NCBI GenBank assembly: GCA_947457565.1 | Contig: CANGWH010000001.1 | Location: 7,226 to 71,225 of the forward strand | Length of the DNA: 64,000 nucleotides | Direction: 5' to 3' | DNA from: Flavobacteriales bacterium | GTDB taxonomy: Bacteria; Bacteroidota; Bacteroidia; NS11-12g; UBA955 | Shown here: piece after piece, positions 28,726 through 38,516 of the stretch | Layout: the number at the start of each line of letters is the position of its first letter | Position numbering within the stretch: the first letter of the stretch is position 1 | Translations under genes and position numbers: made by a program | Notes under the pieces: generated by a model | Told to the model about the DNA's origin: nothing | What the model saw: only the letters and a program-made list of their open reading frames with translations | Databases searched by the model: none

Positions 28726-29226
28726 GTTTTTCAACTCATGTGCATCTTCGGGCTTCATTTTACCCGCCAATATTAATCGAACTTGACGTCTTCGTAACGC
28801 ACCATCGTATTTTTGTAATTCTGTATCAGACTGAGGTGTAACTTCAGGTACTTTTGTTGGTTTATTTCTGCTATCCAAAGCTACAAATGTATAATATGCC
28901 TCATTACTTTTAACTACATCGCCACCGGGTACGCTTCTAGCATATACTTCAATGAAGACTTCCATACTTGAATTGAACGAACGCGTTACATAGGCAGTAA
29001 GAGTCACAACATCCCCTAAACGAATACTCTCTTTAAATGACACAGAATCTACAGAAGCAGTGACTACGATTTGATTTGAGTGTTTCTGAGCTGCAATGGC
29101 TGAACAAATATCCATCCAATGCAACATTTTCCCTCCCATTAAATTGCCTAACGTATTGGTATCGTTGGGTAGTACGATTTCATTCATTATTGTTAATGAG
29201 TCGGCAGGAGATTTTGTTGATTGCAT
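28714..29226 (-). CDS. Acyl-CoA thioesterase (hotdog fold, YciA-like). The start is moved to Met17 of the ORF-track model.
   Basis: The MQSTKSPADSLTIMNEIVLPNDTNTLGNLMGGKMLHWMD hotdog motif. A terminator hairpin occupies the first 16 codons of the longer ORF. Confidence 0.7.
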   Translation of the reverse strand: MQSTKSPADSLTIMNEIVLPNDTNTLGNLMGGKMLHWMDICSAIAAQKHSNQIVVTASVDSVSFKESIRLGDVVTLTAYVTRSFNSSMEVFIEVYARSVPGGDVVKSNEAYYTFVALDSRNKPTKVPEVTPQSDTELQKYDGALRRRQVRLILAGKMKPEDAHELKNLFY

Positions 29227-29240
29227 GTAGGTACAAAAAT

Positions 29241-29270
29241 AAAAGGGAAAGCCTAAAAGACTTTCCCTTT
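29241..29270 (-). terminator. Rho-independent terminator of the rplU-rpmA operon
   Basis: The - strand reads AAAGGGAAAG-tcttttagg-CTTTCCCTTT followed by TATTTTTGT. It sits 20 nt after the rpmA stop. Confidence 0.7.
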
Positions 29271-29290
29271 TCAATAAAATTATTTTTAAA

Positions 29291-29548
29291 TTACGCCTGA
29301 CCTACAACAGAAACGAAACTTCTGCCGTCTTTTCCTTTGCGGAATTGTACTGTACCAGGGGTTAAAGCAAACAATGTATGATCTTTACCGATGCCAACAT
29401 TAGTTTCGGGGTGATGCTTAGTTCCACGCTGGCGAACGATTATGCCACCAGCCTTAACAACTTGACCTCCGAAAATTTTAACACCTAAGCGTTTGCTATG
29501 TGATTCTCTTCCGTTTTTGGTACTACCCGCACCTTTTTTATGTGCCAT
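29291..29548 (-). CDS. rpmA: 50S ribosomal protein L27
   Basis: [24 protein letters not shown]... Confidence 0.95.
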   Translation of the reverse strand: MAHKKGAGSTKNGRESHSKRLGVKIFGGQVVKAGGIIVRQRGTKHHPETNVGIGKDHTLFALTPGTVQFRKGKDGRSFVSVVGQA

Positions 29549-29567
29549 TGTATATGTGTATTAAATA

Positions 29568-29876
29568 TTATGCTGTGATACTTTCGATTTTCAATACCGT
29601 TAAATAATGGCGAAAACCATTTTTAACCGCATATCCTTTTCTTCTTTTCTTCTTGAAAACCAATACTTTATCTCCTTTGCCATGCTCCTTAACGGTAGCA
29701 GTAACTTTGGCTCCAGAAACGGTTGGTGTTCCAACTTTAACTTTATCTCCACCGATAAGCAAAACCTTATCAAATTCCACTTTGGAACCTTCAGCAGCAT
29801 TCAAACGATTCACCACCAAGTGGTTGTTTTCGGTAACTCTGTATTGCCTTCCGGCTATTTCAACTATGGCGTACAT
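29568..29876 (-). CDS. rplU: 50S ribosomal protein L21
   Basis: MYAIVEIAGRQYRV... Confidence 0.95.
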   Translation of the reverse strand: MYAIVEIAGRQYRVTENNHLVVNRLNAAEGSKVEFDKVLLIGGDKVKVGTPTVSGAKVTATVKEHGKGDKVLVFKKKRRKGYAVKNGFRHYLTVLKIESITA

Positions 29877-29893
29877 ATCCGTAAATTGGGCTG

Positions 29894-29924
29894 CAAAGAT
29901 AAGGGTAGTATTTAATTATTCAAA
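29894..29924 (-). promoter_or_regulatory. Canonical Bacteroidota sigma-A promoter for rplU-rpmA: TTTG, 19-bp spacer, TATCTTTG
   Basis: The - strand reads TTTG aataattaaatactaccct TATCTTTG, ending ~18 nt before the rplU ATG. It matches the -33 TTTG / -7 TAnnTTTG consensus. Confidence 0.55.
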
Positions 29925-30062
29925 CTATTTATTGAAAAATTCATGCTTTTCACCATGCTAAACAACAATTATAGTATTGGTTAATAATTCGCGTTAACAA
30001 TATTAGACACCACAAATTTATGAGGATATCCCCTATTTAATTGAACAGATATTTGAAGATAC

Positions 30063-31766
30063 ATGAAAAAGGTATTTTTAGTAATCACCCTTTGTGCGAT
30101 ATCGTCGCAATCTATGGTTGCACAAACCACCAATAGCAATCCTATTCAGCCAAAAAACGGGAAAGGAATTGATAATTCGTCACGCAGCGTGTTTACTCAA
30201 TTCGAACCAAAGCTCATACCCTCTTCCAAATTACTTATTGACCCGATTGTTCCAAAATCTGAGAATCCTAAAATCAATTACAAGATTGAAACCCCAGAAT
30301 ACCATTGGATTACTTCAAAAATTGCTAGACCCGTGCAACCAGAGCGATTAAGAGATCGTAATTCTGATACGGTGTATCAATCAAACTACATCCGTTTAGG
30401 AGGCGGGAACTACGGACATTTGTTGGGTGAATTGTACCTTGCCAATAAAGCTGCATCGGATTACAGCTACAATTTATCGGTTCAACATTTGAACGCTAAC
30501 CCTGCAAATTCGATACGCGAGTTTTCCACATCTCGTATCCTTGCCCAAGGTGCCAAGTACTTCAGAAATTCATCCTTAGACACAAGAATCTTCTACAATC
30601 GATTTCAAAATAATTATTTTGCAAAGGATTCTGCCTTCAACGGAGATATCCTAACCTTGGGTAAAATTGCACAGAATTATGGTTTAGGCATTGGATACAA
30701 TTATCTAAGCCAAGGAAAATCGCCAAGTTTTGCAGCCGATTTAGTGTATAATGGCTTTCAGAATAATTTCATGCAACGAGAAATGGATGTTACAGCCACG
30801 GGTAACCTTAGGAAGCGCTTCAAGGAAGCGGAATTAGGATTATTTGTAGGAGGCACCTATTTATCACAAAATCAGCGCGTTGGAATAAGAGCTATCGATT
30901 CTACAGCAGAATACAATCAAATTTTCACGGATATTCGACCAACATTATCCTTTGGCCATAAAGCTACTGGATTAAAAGTAATCGTAAGTGCTAACTCTAC
31001 CTATTGGACTAGCCAATTGGATACAATAAAGGACTCTAAGTTTTATGTAGCACCTTATTTGAATGTTTCGAAAGATTTAAATGGACTAAAAATGAAGCTT
31101 TATGGGGTAATCGATGGCGGATTGCAAAAGAATACATTTAGACACTTTCAACAAATGGTACCATTTACCCATGATAGCATCGAAATACGAAACAGTTTTG
31201 AACAAATTAATGTGTATGGCGGAATACAAGGTAAATTAAATGAGCAAGTTTATTTTAATTTAGACTTTGGATTTAATAGTGTTTCAGATATGCCACTTGT
31301 GGTGAGCAATGGTGATAGTTTAAATAGTTTAAAAATTATTTATGATGATGTAAACTCCACGTATGTAAAAACGAACATACAATATTCAATGGGCGATAAA
31401 CTAAAGATTCAAGCAAGAATTCGTTTAGCCGATTACTCCCCTACTTCTCAATCTCAAGCATGGCATCTTCCTTCTTTTTCTTATTCAAGTAGATTAACGT
31501 ATTCTCTTGGTAATAGTATAGAGTTAACTGCTGGATTTGATGGTGTAGGCAATCGATTCAATAGAATTTCGGATGGCAGTTCTTTTAAAACTGTAAAAGT
31601 ACCCGGATATTTTGATTTATTTGGTCGTGCAGACTATAGAGTTCTGGGCAAAGGAAGAATATGGATACAAGCCAGCAATATATTATCGGGCCAATATCAG
31701 CAATGGTATGGATATAAAAATTACGGATTAACAGTAATGGGTGGTTTATCCATCGCTTTGTTTTAA
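30063..31766 (+). CDS. Predicted outer-membrane beta-barrel protein of unknown function
   Basis: Signal peptide MKKVFLVITLCAISSQSMVAQ; alternating amphipathic strands; C-terminal ...GGLSIALF aromatic terminus. Confidence 0.5.
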   Translation: MKKVFLVITLCAISSQSMVAQTTNSNPIQPKNGKGIDNSSRSVFTQFEPKLIPSSKLLIDPIVPKSENPKINYKIETPEYHWITSKIARPVQPERLRDRNSDTVYQSNYIRLGGGNYGHLLGELYLANKAASDYSYNLSVQHLNANPANSIREFSTSRILAQGAKYFRNSSLDTRIFYNRFQNNYFAKDSAFNGDILTLGKIAQNYGLGIGYNYLSQGKSPSFAADLVYNGFQNNFMQREMDVTATGNLRKRFKEAELGLFVGGTYLSQNQRVGIRAIDSTAEYNQIFTDIRPTLSFGHKATGLKVIVSANSTYWTSQLDTIKDSKFYVAPYLNVSKDLNGLKMKLYGVIDGGLQKNTFRHFQQMVPFTHDSIEIRNSFEQINVYGGIQGKLNEQVYFNLDFGFNSVSDMPLVVSNGDSLNSLKIIYDDVNSTYVKTNIQYSMGDKLKIQARIRLADYSPTSQSQAWHLPSFSYSSRLTYSLGNSIELTAGFDGVGNRFNRISDGSSFKTVKVPGYFDLFGRADYRVLGKGRIWIQASNILSGQYQQWYGYKNYGLTVMGGLSIALF

Positions 31767-31784
31767 AAAAAATTGTATTTTTGT

Positions 31785-33062
31785 ATGTACATGTTATACG
31801 AAAAATCTGTAATTGACGCAATTTTAAAGGTGGTCACGGATCACGAATGTGCTGTTATTGCAGATTTTGGAGGATTTATAGTTCGCAGAAACCCAGGTTT
31901 ATTTAATTCATTTTCTGGGGAATTGAAAGCGTCTACCGCGATAGTTTATTTCAACAATGAAATAAAATCGGATGATGGATTGGTTGCCGATGCCTTGCGT
32001 TCGATTACAGGGGAATCGTTTAAAACATGCCAACAAATTATATGGGATTGGGTAAAACATATCAACAATGAACTTTCTTTAAAAAAGAGTTACTCCTTGT
32101 TACCGTTGGGTAATTTTCATACCAATACTAGCGGAGGCGTATTTTTTGTTAGTTCTCCAAATTTCAGTATCGATCCCTATAGTTTTGGATTACCTGTATT
32201 TCAATGGAAATGGGATTTATTTACAGAATCCTCTGCCTCGGAGATTAAACCCTCAAATGAAGATGATTTAAATTTTTCTTCCCAAAGAGTAGTAAATGGT
32301 GATGAAGACTTACATACTACTATTGCTCAAATAAGTAGTGAATCTTCAAATAGATTGGACTCTGTTTCTTCTCTTAGCACAATAAGTTCATCTTCGTCAA
32401 ATACATCGGAAATCAATGCAAACACCTCCGAAGTAGTCGAAAATCTATTGGATAACGATGAATTTAGAATCGATGAAATTATTGGAGTCACAATTAACGA
32501 TGACAAAGAGGCTATAAATCAACAACATTCACCATCAACTGAAGAGGAAATCGCAAAGCCATCGATATTATGGCAAATAGCTGCGGCCATTGCTATAATT
32601 AGTATATCTGTGAGTCTATACTTTACCTTCTCCCAATTATTGGAAGCAAGAAAAGAAAAATCTGCAGAGCAAGCATCCATGATTGTTGGATTAAATACGG
32701 ATGTTGAAGAAGAAGAAATAGTATTTGTTAAAGAAGATAAACCCACCTATAAAGCTCATACCTTAAAGTACTCTTTTGGCACATCTGGGATTGATTCGAT
32801 GGAAATGGAGCTGCACAAGAGAAATGGTAAATATTTCGTAACTGGCGGTGCCTATATCACCGAGAAATTAGCTTTAGCCGAAGGATTACGTTGGCAGAAG
32901 TTGGGTTACGACGTTTGCTTGCTTTCGGCAAAGAATTCTAGTTTAACCAAAGTAGTATTGGGGAGATTTAATTCCGAAAAAATGGCATCCCTTTTCGTTG
33001 AAAATATTAGCGAAATGCCTACAGGTACAATATCCGTGGAAGAATTAACGTTTAACTGGTAA
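31785..33062 (+). CDS. HU-like (HU-CCDC81-type) N-terminal domain plus C-terminal SPOR peptidoglycan-binding domain protein, with one TM segment mid-protein
   Basis: N-terminus MLYEKSVIDAILKVVTDHECAVIADFGGFIV (HU-like). TM segment ILWQIAAAIAIISISVSLYF. The C-terminal ~80 aa are SPOR-like. The track start at 31773 is TTG; the first ATGs are 31785 and 31791. Confidence 0.55.
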   Translation: MYMLYEKSVIDAILKVVTDHECAVIADFGGFIVRRNPGLFNSFSGELKASTAIVYFNNEIKSDDGLVADALRSITGESFKTCQQIIWDWVKHINNELSLKKSYSLLPLGNFHTNTSGGVFFVSSPNFSIDPYSFGLPVFQWKWDLFTESSASEIKPSNEDDLNFSSQRVVNGDEDLHTTIAQISSESSNRLDSVSSLSTISSSSSNTSEINANTSEVVENLLDNDEFRIDEIIGVTINDDKEAINQQHSPSTEEEIAKPSILWQIAAAIAIISISVSLYFTFSQLLEARKEKSAEQASMIVGLNTDVEEEEIVFVKEDKPTYKAHTLKYSFGTSGIDSMEMELHKRNGKYFVTGGAYITEKLALAEGLRWQKLGYDVCLLSAKNSSLTKVVLGRFNSEKMASLFVENISEMPTGTISVEELTFNW

Positions 33063-33071
33063 TTGCTGGTT

Positions 33072-33947
33072 ATGAGTCATGTCATTCTTGAAAAATCATT
33101 AACAACTAACACTAGCCAACGTACGATATCGGGTGCAATAAGTGTGGCCGTAATGTCGTTGTTAATGCTTTTGTTATTTTTCGTTCGAATAAATTTACCT
33201 GATCCACCGTTAATCAATAAAAAAGCTCCATTAGAGTTAGATTTTGGCATGGTTCAACCGGCTGAAGTAAGTCCTAATAGTGGCGGATCTGGGGGCGGAA
33301 GTCAAGAAACTGCACCCAAACTAGGTGGAGAACCCTCCATGGGCCCTAGCAGCACACCCGCAGGTGGTCCAGGGCAAATTATTACCAATGATGCGCAGAC
33401 AGATGCCACAGAATTACCCCCTATAGACCCGCCAACCTCTAGTAGACCTGCTCAAGAAAATCCTAGATTCAAGGTTGATTTTACAAAAATAGGAAAACGA
33501 AATGGAAAAGGCGGAGAGGGTGATCCTACGGGGACTAAGACAGGAAGTGGAACTAATCCCATTGGAACAGGTAGTGGTTCAGGAGGTGGAAACGGCGGCG
33601 GTTCTTTCGGTGGCACTGGTACAGGTACTGGAAAAGGTAAAGGTTCAGGAATCCATCAGGGTTCATTAAGCGGTCATGAAATACAATCCGATTTAAGAAG
33701 TATCCCAATCGCTGAAGGTTATGGAACTATCGTCGCGAGGATTATTAAAACCTGCGAAAATTGTCCAGTTACAATGCGTTTAAGTCTAGGTGGTGATTAC
33801 AATTACACAGGTTCCGATGGCAATGCCATGGAAGTTTTACGGTATTACTTCAAACCTGAACATACAAAGTTGGTTGCCAAATCATTGGATGGGGCCAAGT
33901 ATCCCAGTTCCGGGGAAATTCGGATTACAATTAAACGGGAATTTTAA
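33072..33947 (+). CDS. Gly/Pro-rich membrane-anchored protein (N-terminal TM, long G/S/T/P linker, ~90-aa C-terminal domain); TonB-like architecture
   Basis: TM segment ISGAISVAVMSLLMLLLFFV. Low-complexity linker GSGTNPIGTGSGSGGGNGGGSFGGTGTGTGKGKGSG. The track start at 33063 is TTG; the first ATG is 33072. Confidence 0.5.
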   Translation: MSHVILEKSLTTNTSQRTISGAISVAVMSLLMLLLFFVRINLPDPPLINKKAPLELDFGMVQPAEVSPNSGGSGGGSQETAPKLGGEPSMGPSSTPAGGPGQIITNDAQTDATELPPIDPPTSSRPAQENPRFKVDFTKIGKRNGKGGEGDPTGTKTGSGTNPIGTGSGSGGGNGGGSFGGTGTGTGKGKGSGIHQGSLSGHEIQSDLRSIPIAEGYGTIVARIIKTCENCPVTMRLSLGGDYNYTGSDGNAMEVLRYYFKPEHTKLVAKSLDGAKYPSSGEIRITIKREF

Positions 33948-33962
33948 TTTTTCATTACGATT

Positions 33963-35198
33963 ATGAATTATAAAGAAACATTAGACTTTCTTTATAGCAG
34001 ACTACCTATGTTTCAGAATTTGGGTAAAGTGGCTTATAAAAAAGATCTTACCAATACCATTAGATTATTGGGATTTTTAGGAAATCCACATTTAGGGAAA
34101 CAGTGGATTCATGTAGGCGGAACGAACGGTAAAGGATCTGTTTCCTCTACCCTCGCTTCAATTTTAATTGAGAATGGCTATTCAACAGGCTTATATACAA
34201 GCCCTCATTTAATTGATTTTCGAGAGCGAATTCAAGTTGACGGACAACTAATTGACCAAGAATTTGTTACAGATTTTACACAGCGAATATTACCAATACT
34301 TGATGAAATTCAACCTTCATTTTTTGAGTTAAGCGTAGCTATGGCTTTTGATTATTTTAGATTTAAAAATATAGATATTGGAGTTATTGAAGTTGGCTTA
34401 GGCGGAAGATTAGATAGTACAAATGTGATTTCACCTCTTTTTTCGGTAATTACTAATGTTTCTTGGGATCATATGGATTTGTTGGGCGACACGCTTACTA
34501 AAATCGCCTTTGAAAAAGGTGGTATTATCAAGGAAAATACTCCTATTATTCTAGGGCCCATGGATAACGAAGCTCACGCAGAATTACAACGACAAGCGAT
34601 GGAAAGAAACGCGTTGGTAATAGATAGTGACGAAGTTGATGTACCTGTAAATTGGACAGAACAATTTGCTTTACAGGGAATTTATCAGCGTGAAAACCTA
34701 AAAACTATTTATAATGCAACGCAACAAATCAATGCTGTATTCTCCTTGAAATCAGAAAAAACCCTTTTGGGGTTGCGCAATATTGCTGCCAATAGTGGTC
34801 TTCGAGGTAGATGGGAAGTATTCTCTAATAACCCGTTTATTGTTGCAGATACAGCTCATAATTTTCCAGGTGTTCAACAGACCATGCAGCAGTTACAAAC
34901 GATGGAATTTAATGGGAAAATTCACATTGTTTGGGGTATGGTTAGTGATAAAGATCGAGGTAAAATTTTAGGATTACTTCCAAAATCTGCTAAATATTAT
35001 TTTTGTAAACCTTCCGTAATGCGAGGTCTGGATGCAAAAGAATTAGCCTTAGAGTCAGAAAATCATGGACTTATTGGAAATTATTTCCAAAGCGTTGCTG
35101 AGGCAATTGATGCTGCAAAAACAAATTTAACCAACGAAGATGCTTTATATATAGGAGGCAGCACGTTTGTGGTAGCAGACGCACTTCGTGTTTTATAA
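33963..35198 (+). CDS. folC: Bifunctional folylpolyglutamate synthase / dihydrofolate synthase
   Basis: Mur-ligase P-loop GGTNGKGS. Confidence 0.9.
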   Translation: MNYKETLDFLYSRLPMFQNLGKVAYKKDLTNTIRLLGFLGNPHLGKQWIHVGGTNGKGSVSSTLASILIENGYSTGLYTSPHLIDFRERIQVDGQLIDQEFVTDFTQRILPILDEIQPSFFELSVAMAFDYFRFKNIDIGVIEVGLGGRLDSTNVISPLFSVITNVSWDHMDLLGDTLTKIAFEKGGIIKENTPIILGPMDNEAHAELQRQAMERNALVIDSDEVDVPVNWTEQFALQGIYQRENLKTIYNATQQINAVFSLKSEKTLLGLRNIAANSGLRGRWEVFSNNPFIVADTAHNFPGVQQTMQQLQTMEFNGKIHIVWGMVSDKDRGKILGLLPKSAKYYFCKPSVMRGLDAKELALESENHGLIGNYFQSVAEAIDAAKTNLTNEDALYIGGSTFVVADALRVL

Positions 35199-35202
35199 TG
35201 TA

Positions 35203-35233
35203 AATGCCCTTAAAGAAATTCTTTAAGGGCATT
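35203..35233. terminator. Hairpin AATGCCCTTAAAG-aaatt-CTTTAAGGGCATT between convergent folC and the POT transporter; bidirectional terminator
   Basis: 13-bp perfect inverted repeat seen directly. Confidence 0.65.
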
Positions 35234-35310
35234 GTATAACTATCTATTGGGTTGCACGTTAGATAGAGATTAGTTTCAAACTTCTAAATTACTTAATTTA
35301 GAATTGTATA

Positions 35311-37311
35311 TCAACGTACACCGTTCATCAATTTCAATAACTTTTTACTTAAGAAGAATAAGAACACCGAAGCAGCACCCGCCATAAATACAAAAATCAT
35401 GAAGAAATCATACAAGGTATTGATTGGCATACCCATAAAGATTGGCTTTTCTGGGTGCAAATTCCAAACCTGCATACGTTCAACTTTCTTTGCAATTTTA
35501 TTCTCAACAACATCGATGGAATCATGGGTTAATAGTTTTTGACCATTATCAATCAATAATGCTCTATCCAAATACTTATTATTTGACTTAATAACCTTCA
35601 AATGAAATACCGAAATTGCTTCACGTTTATCGATTGAAATCTCTTGAACCGTGGCATTGGATTGATTATCTGTTTGAAGTACTTGCTCTAAATTTTCCTT
35701 TTCAAAGGCAATACTCAGTACTGAATCTTTCGGTTTTTCGCCACCAATTTTAGATTTAGTAACGTTTAATTTAGCCGTTTTAATTACAATAAAGCTCTTC
35801 GGATCGGCCTTAAATACATTACTATCCAATTCAGCGCAAGTAGCTAAAGAATCAAACACAGACTGACTGGTGAATTCTGTATAGGTTTTTTCTAATTTAA
35901 CTTCTTCCGGATAAAGTCCAGACAAGATTCCTGCAAATTTATTGGCTGAAGCGGTGGATAAAAACCACACACCCATCAATAAAGAGGCTAATCTTGCAGG
36001 TGAAAGCTTATTAACCATAGACAGACCAATGGGTGATAAACATAATTCCCCAAAAGTGTGTATGGTGTAAAGACCCACTAACCAACCCATATTAACTTTA
36101 GTAGACGGATCAATACCTTTTACACCAAAGGCAATTACCAAATAGCCGATAGCCAATAAGAACAATCCTAACGCTTGTTTAAACGGAGATGCGGGTTCCA
36201 TATTTCGTTTTCCAAGCAATCCCCATATCCAAACAAATAATGGTGCAAAAATCACTATGGCAACGGCATTTATACTTTGGAAAGCAGATGCTGGTATTTC
36301 TTTTCCAAAGAAACTTCTATCGGTTTGTTCTTCGGCAAAATAAGTTAAAGAGGCCCCGGCTTGTTCAAATGCTGCCCAAAAGAAGATTACGAAGAATGCG
36401 GCGATATAAACAACCCAAATTCTTTCCTTCTCAACTTTTGTTAAAGCTGGATCGGTAATAATGTATCCAGGTGCTGCAATGGTTAAAGCAAATATGATAG
36501 ACCCAATCCAATCAAAATCGGCTCCATATTTAAAGCCAAGCATGGCTGCAACAAAAACTCCAATCCAAGTAAAAACCGCAGACATTCTAACAGGTTGATC
36601 CGCAGCATCGCCATTGGCTTCTCTAATCTGATTAGGTTTTTCCCCAATTTGTTTTCCTTCTGGCGTAACAATGTATTTGTTTTTAAGAGAAATAAATAAA
36701 ATCAGAGAAATAATCATCCCAACACAAGCGGCCATAAAACCCCAACGAAAATCGCCCGGATCTTTGGTTTCGCCCAAATAACCACAAACAATAGGTGCAA
36801 TAAATGCTCCTAAGTTAATGCCCATGTAAAAAATGGTAAAGGCTGAATCTACACGTTTATCCCCTTCCGGATAAAGCTGACCAACCATGGTACTGATATT
36901 AGGTTTAAAAAATCCATTACCCACAATAAGAAACAATAGGCCAGCCAACATAAGAGTCACTGCTAATGTATTTTCTTGATAATAAGTACCGGCTAAAAAC
37001 ATTAAAAACTGTCCGATAGCCATTAAAACTCCACCAACAATGATGGATTTTCTATTACCCCAATATCTATCGGCCATATAACCACCAATTAATGGCGTTA
37101 AATATACCAATCCAGTATAGCTACCGTACACTTCTGCGCTTAGGGCTTTATCGAACAAAAGCGCTTTAAGCATAAACAAGGAGAACAAGGCGCGCATTCC
37201 ATAATAGCTAAAACGCTCCCACATTTCTGTAACAAACAATACATAGAGGCCTTTGGGGTGTCCAGACTGTTGAACTTGGTCTGAATTTTTCATTTCATTT
37301 GCAATACTCAT
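35311..37311 (-). CDS. POT/PTR2-family proton-dependent di/tripeptide transporter (MFS) with a C-terminal extracytoplasmic insertion
   Basis: MFS N-terminal half with an ExxERFxYYG-like motif (EMWERFSYYGMRALF); 666 aa. Confidence 0.8.
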   Translation of the reverse strand: MSIANEMKNSDQVQQSGHPKGLYVLFVTEMWERFSYYGMRALFSLFMLKALLFDKALSAEVYGSYTGLVYLTPLIGGYMADRYWGNRKSIIVGGVLMAIGQFLMFLAGTYYQENTLAVTLMLAGLLFLIVGNGFFKPNISTMVGQLYPEGDKRVDSAFTIFYMGINLGAFIAPIVCGYLGETKDPGDFRWGFMAACVGMIISLILFISLKNKYIVTPEGKQIGEKPNQIREANGDAADQPVRMSAVFTWIGVFVAAMLGFKYGADFDWIGSIIFALTIAAPGYIITDPALTKVEKERIWVVYIAAFFVIFFWAAFEQAGASLTYFAEEQTDRSFFGKEIPASAFQSINAVAIVIFAPLFVWIWGLLGKRNMEPASPFKQALGLFLLAIGYLVIAFGVKGIDPSTKVNMGWLVGLYTIHTFGELCLSPIGLSMVNKLSPARLASLLMGVWFLSTASANKFAGILSGLYPEEVKLEKTYTEFTSQSVFDSLATCAELDSNVFKADPKSFIVIKTAKLNVTKSKIGGEKPKDSVLSIAFEKENLEQVLQTDNQSNATVQEISIDKREAISVFHLKVIKSNNKYLDRALLIDNGQKLLTHDSIDVVENKIAKKVERMQVWNLHPEKPIFMGMPINTLYDFFMIFVFMAGAASVFLFFLSKKLLKLMNGVR

Positions 37312-37459
37312 TTAACTAAGGGTATTAATAGATTTTCGAGGCAAAATAGAGAGAAAAATTGAATTTTTGGCACCCATCAAACAAAAATTACCATATCCAC
37401 ATAAAATCCGGCAATAAAATGCCACTATTGGCTGTAAAACAATTTATTTTGCAGGTAAA

Positions 37460-38503
37460 ATGTCGATAACCCTACAACAAATCCAAAACGATACCGGCGC
37501 AAAGTATACTGGGAATCAATTGGATTATATTATAACGAAGGCATCAACGTTAACCGATGGTGATATTACATCCTTGGGATTTTTATCGAATCCAAAATAC
37601 GAATCACAAATTTATTCAACACAATGTGGTGTAATTATTGTACCTCTTGAATTTACATTAAGGGAGCCAATTCAGTCAGAATTATTATATCATCCAAATC
37701 CCTATTTTGCTTTTTGTTTGATATTAACCAAATATTTCAATCCAAATATTCACAATTCAGGAATAGAAGAAGGTAGTTTTATACATCCTACTGCTGACTG
37801 CTGTGCGGAATATATAGGCAAAAATTCCTACATAGATGCGAATTCAAAAATTGGCAACGGATGTAAGATTTATCCGGGTTGTTATATTGGTAAAGGCGTT
37901 GAGATTGGGGAAAACTGTATACTTTATCCGAATGTAACTGTTTATGCTGGCTCAAAAATCGGATCTAGCGTTATTATTCATGCTGGAACTGTAATTGGCA
38001 GTGATGGCTTTGGTTTTGCCCCTGTAGAAGGTAAATATTTAAAGATTCCACAAATTGGAAATGTTATCATTGAGGATGATGTAGAAATTGGTGCTAATTG
38101 TTGTATTGATCGAGCAACTTTAGGAAATACTACGATAAAAAGAGGAACAAAATTAGATAACTTAGTTCAAATTGCCCATAATGTGGAAGTGGGTGAACAT
38201 ACTGTTATTGCATCTCAAACAGGGATTGCGGGATCCACTAAGATTGGAGGACATTCTCAGTTCGGTGGGCAGGTTGGTATTGGTGGGCATTTGATCATTG
38301 CACCTTATACTTCGGCAGGTGGACAAGCTGGAATTACGGGAAATATTACGGAATCTCACCAGAAGCTCACAGGAACTCCGGCCACGGATGTACGTGAATT
38401 TTTAAAGGGTATTGCGGGTAGCAGGAGAATTCCTCAACTATTAAACGAGATAAAAAAGATCCAAATTGAATTAGAACAAATTAAAGAAGACCATAAGAAA
38501 TAA
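37460..38503 (+). CDS. lpxD: UDP-3-O-(3-hydroxyacyl)glucosamine N-acyltransferase
   Basis: N-terminal LpxD domain plus left-handed beta-helix hexapeptide repeats. Confidence 0.9.
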   Translation: MSITLQQIQNDTGAKYTGNQLDYIITKASTLTDGDITSLGFLSNPKYESQIYSTQCGVIIVPLEFTLREPIQSELLYHPNPYFAFCLILTKYFNPNIHNSGIEEGSFIHPTADCCAEYIGKNSYIDANSKIGNGCKIYPGCYIGKGVEIGENCILYPNVTVYAGSKIGSSVIIHAGTVIGSDGFGFAPVEGKYLKIPQIGNVIIEDDVEIGANCCIDRATLGNTTIKRGTKLDNLVQIAHNVEVGEHTVIASQTGIAGSTKIGGHSQFGGQVGIGGHLIIAPYTSAGGQAGITGNITESHQKLTGTPATDVREFLKGIAGSRRIPQLLNEIKKIQIELEQIKEDHKK

Positions 38504-38516
38504 AGATATCGCAGAA

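Noticed and set aside
33300-33700. Gly/Ser/Thr low-complexity tract (GSGTNPIGTGSGSGGGNGGGSFGGTGTGTGKGKGSG) that at DNA level resembles a tandem repeat
   Set aside because: It is an in-frame coding linker of the membrane-anchored protein. The DNA repeats are imperfect and codon-driven, not a VNTR or CRISPR-like array.
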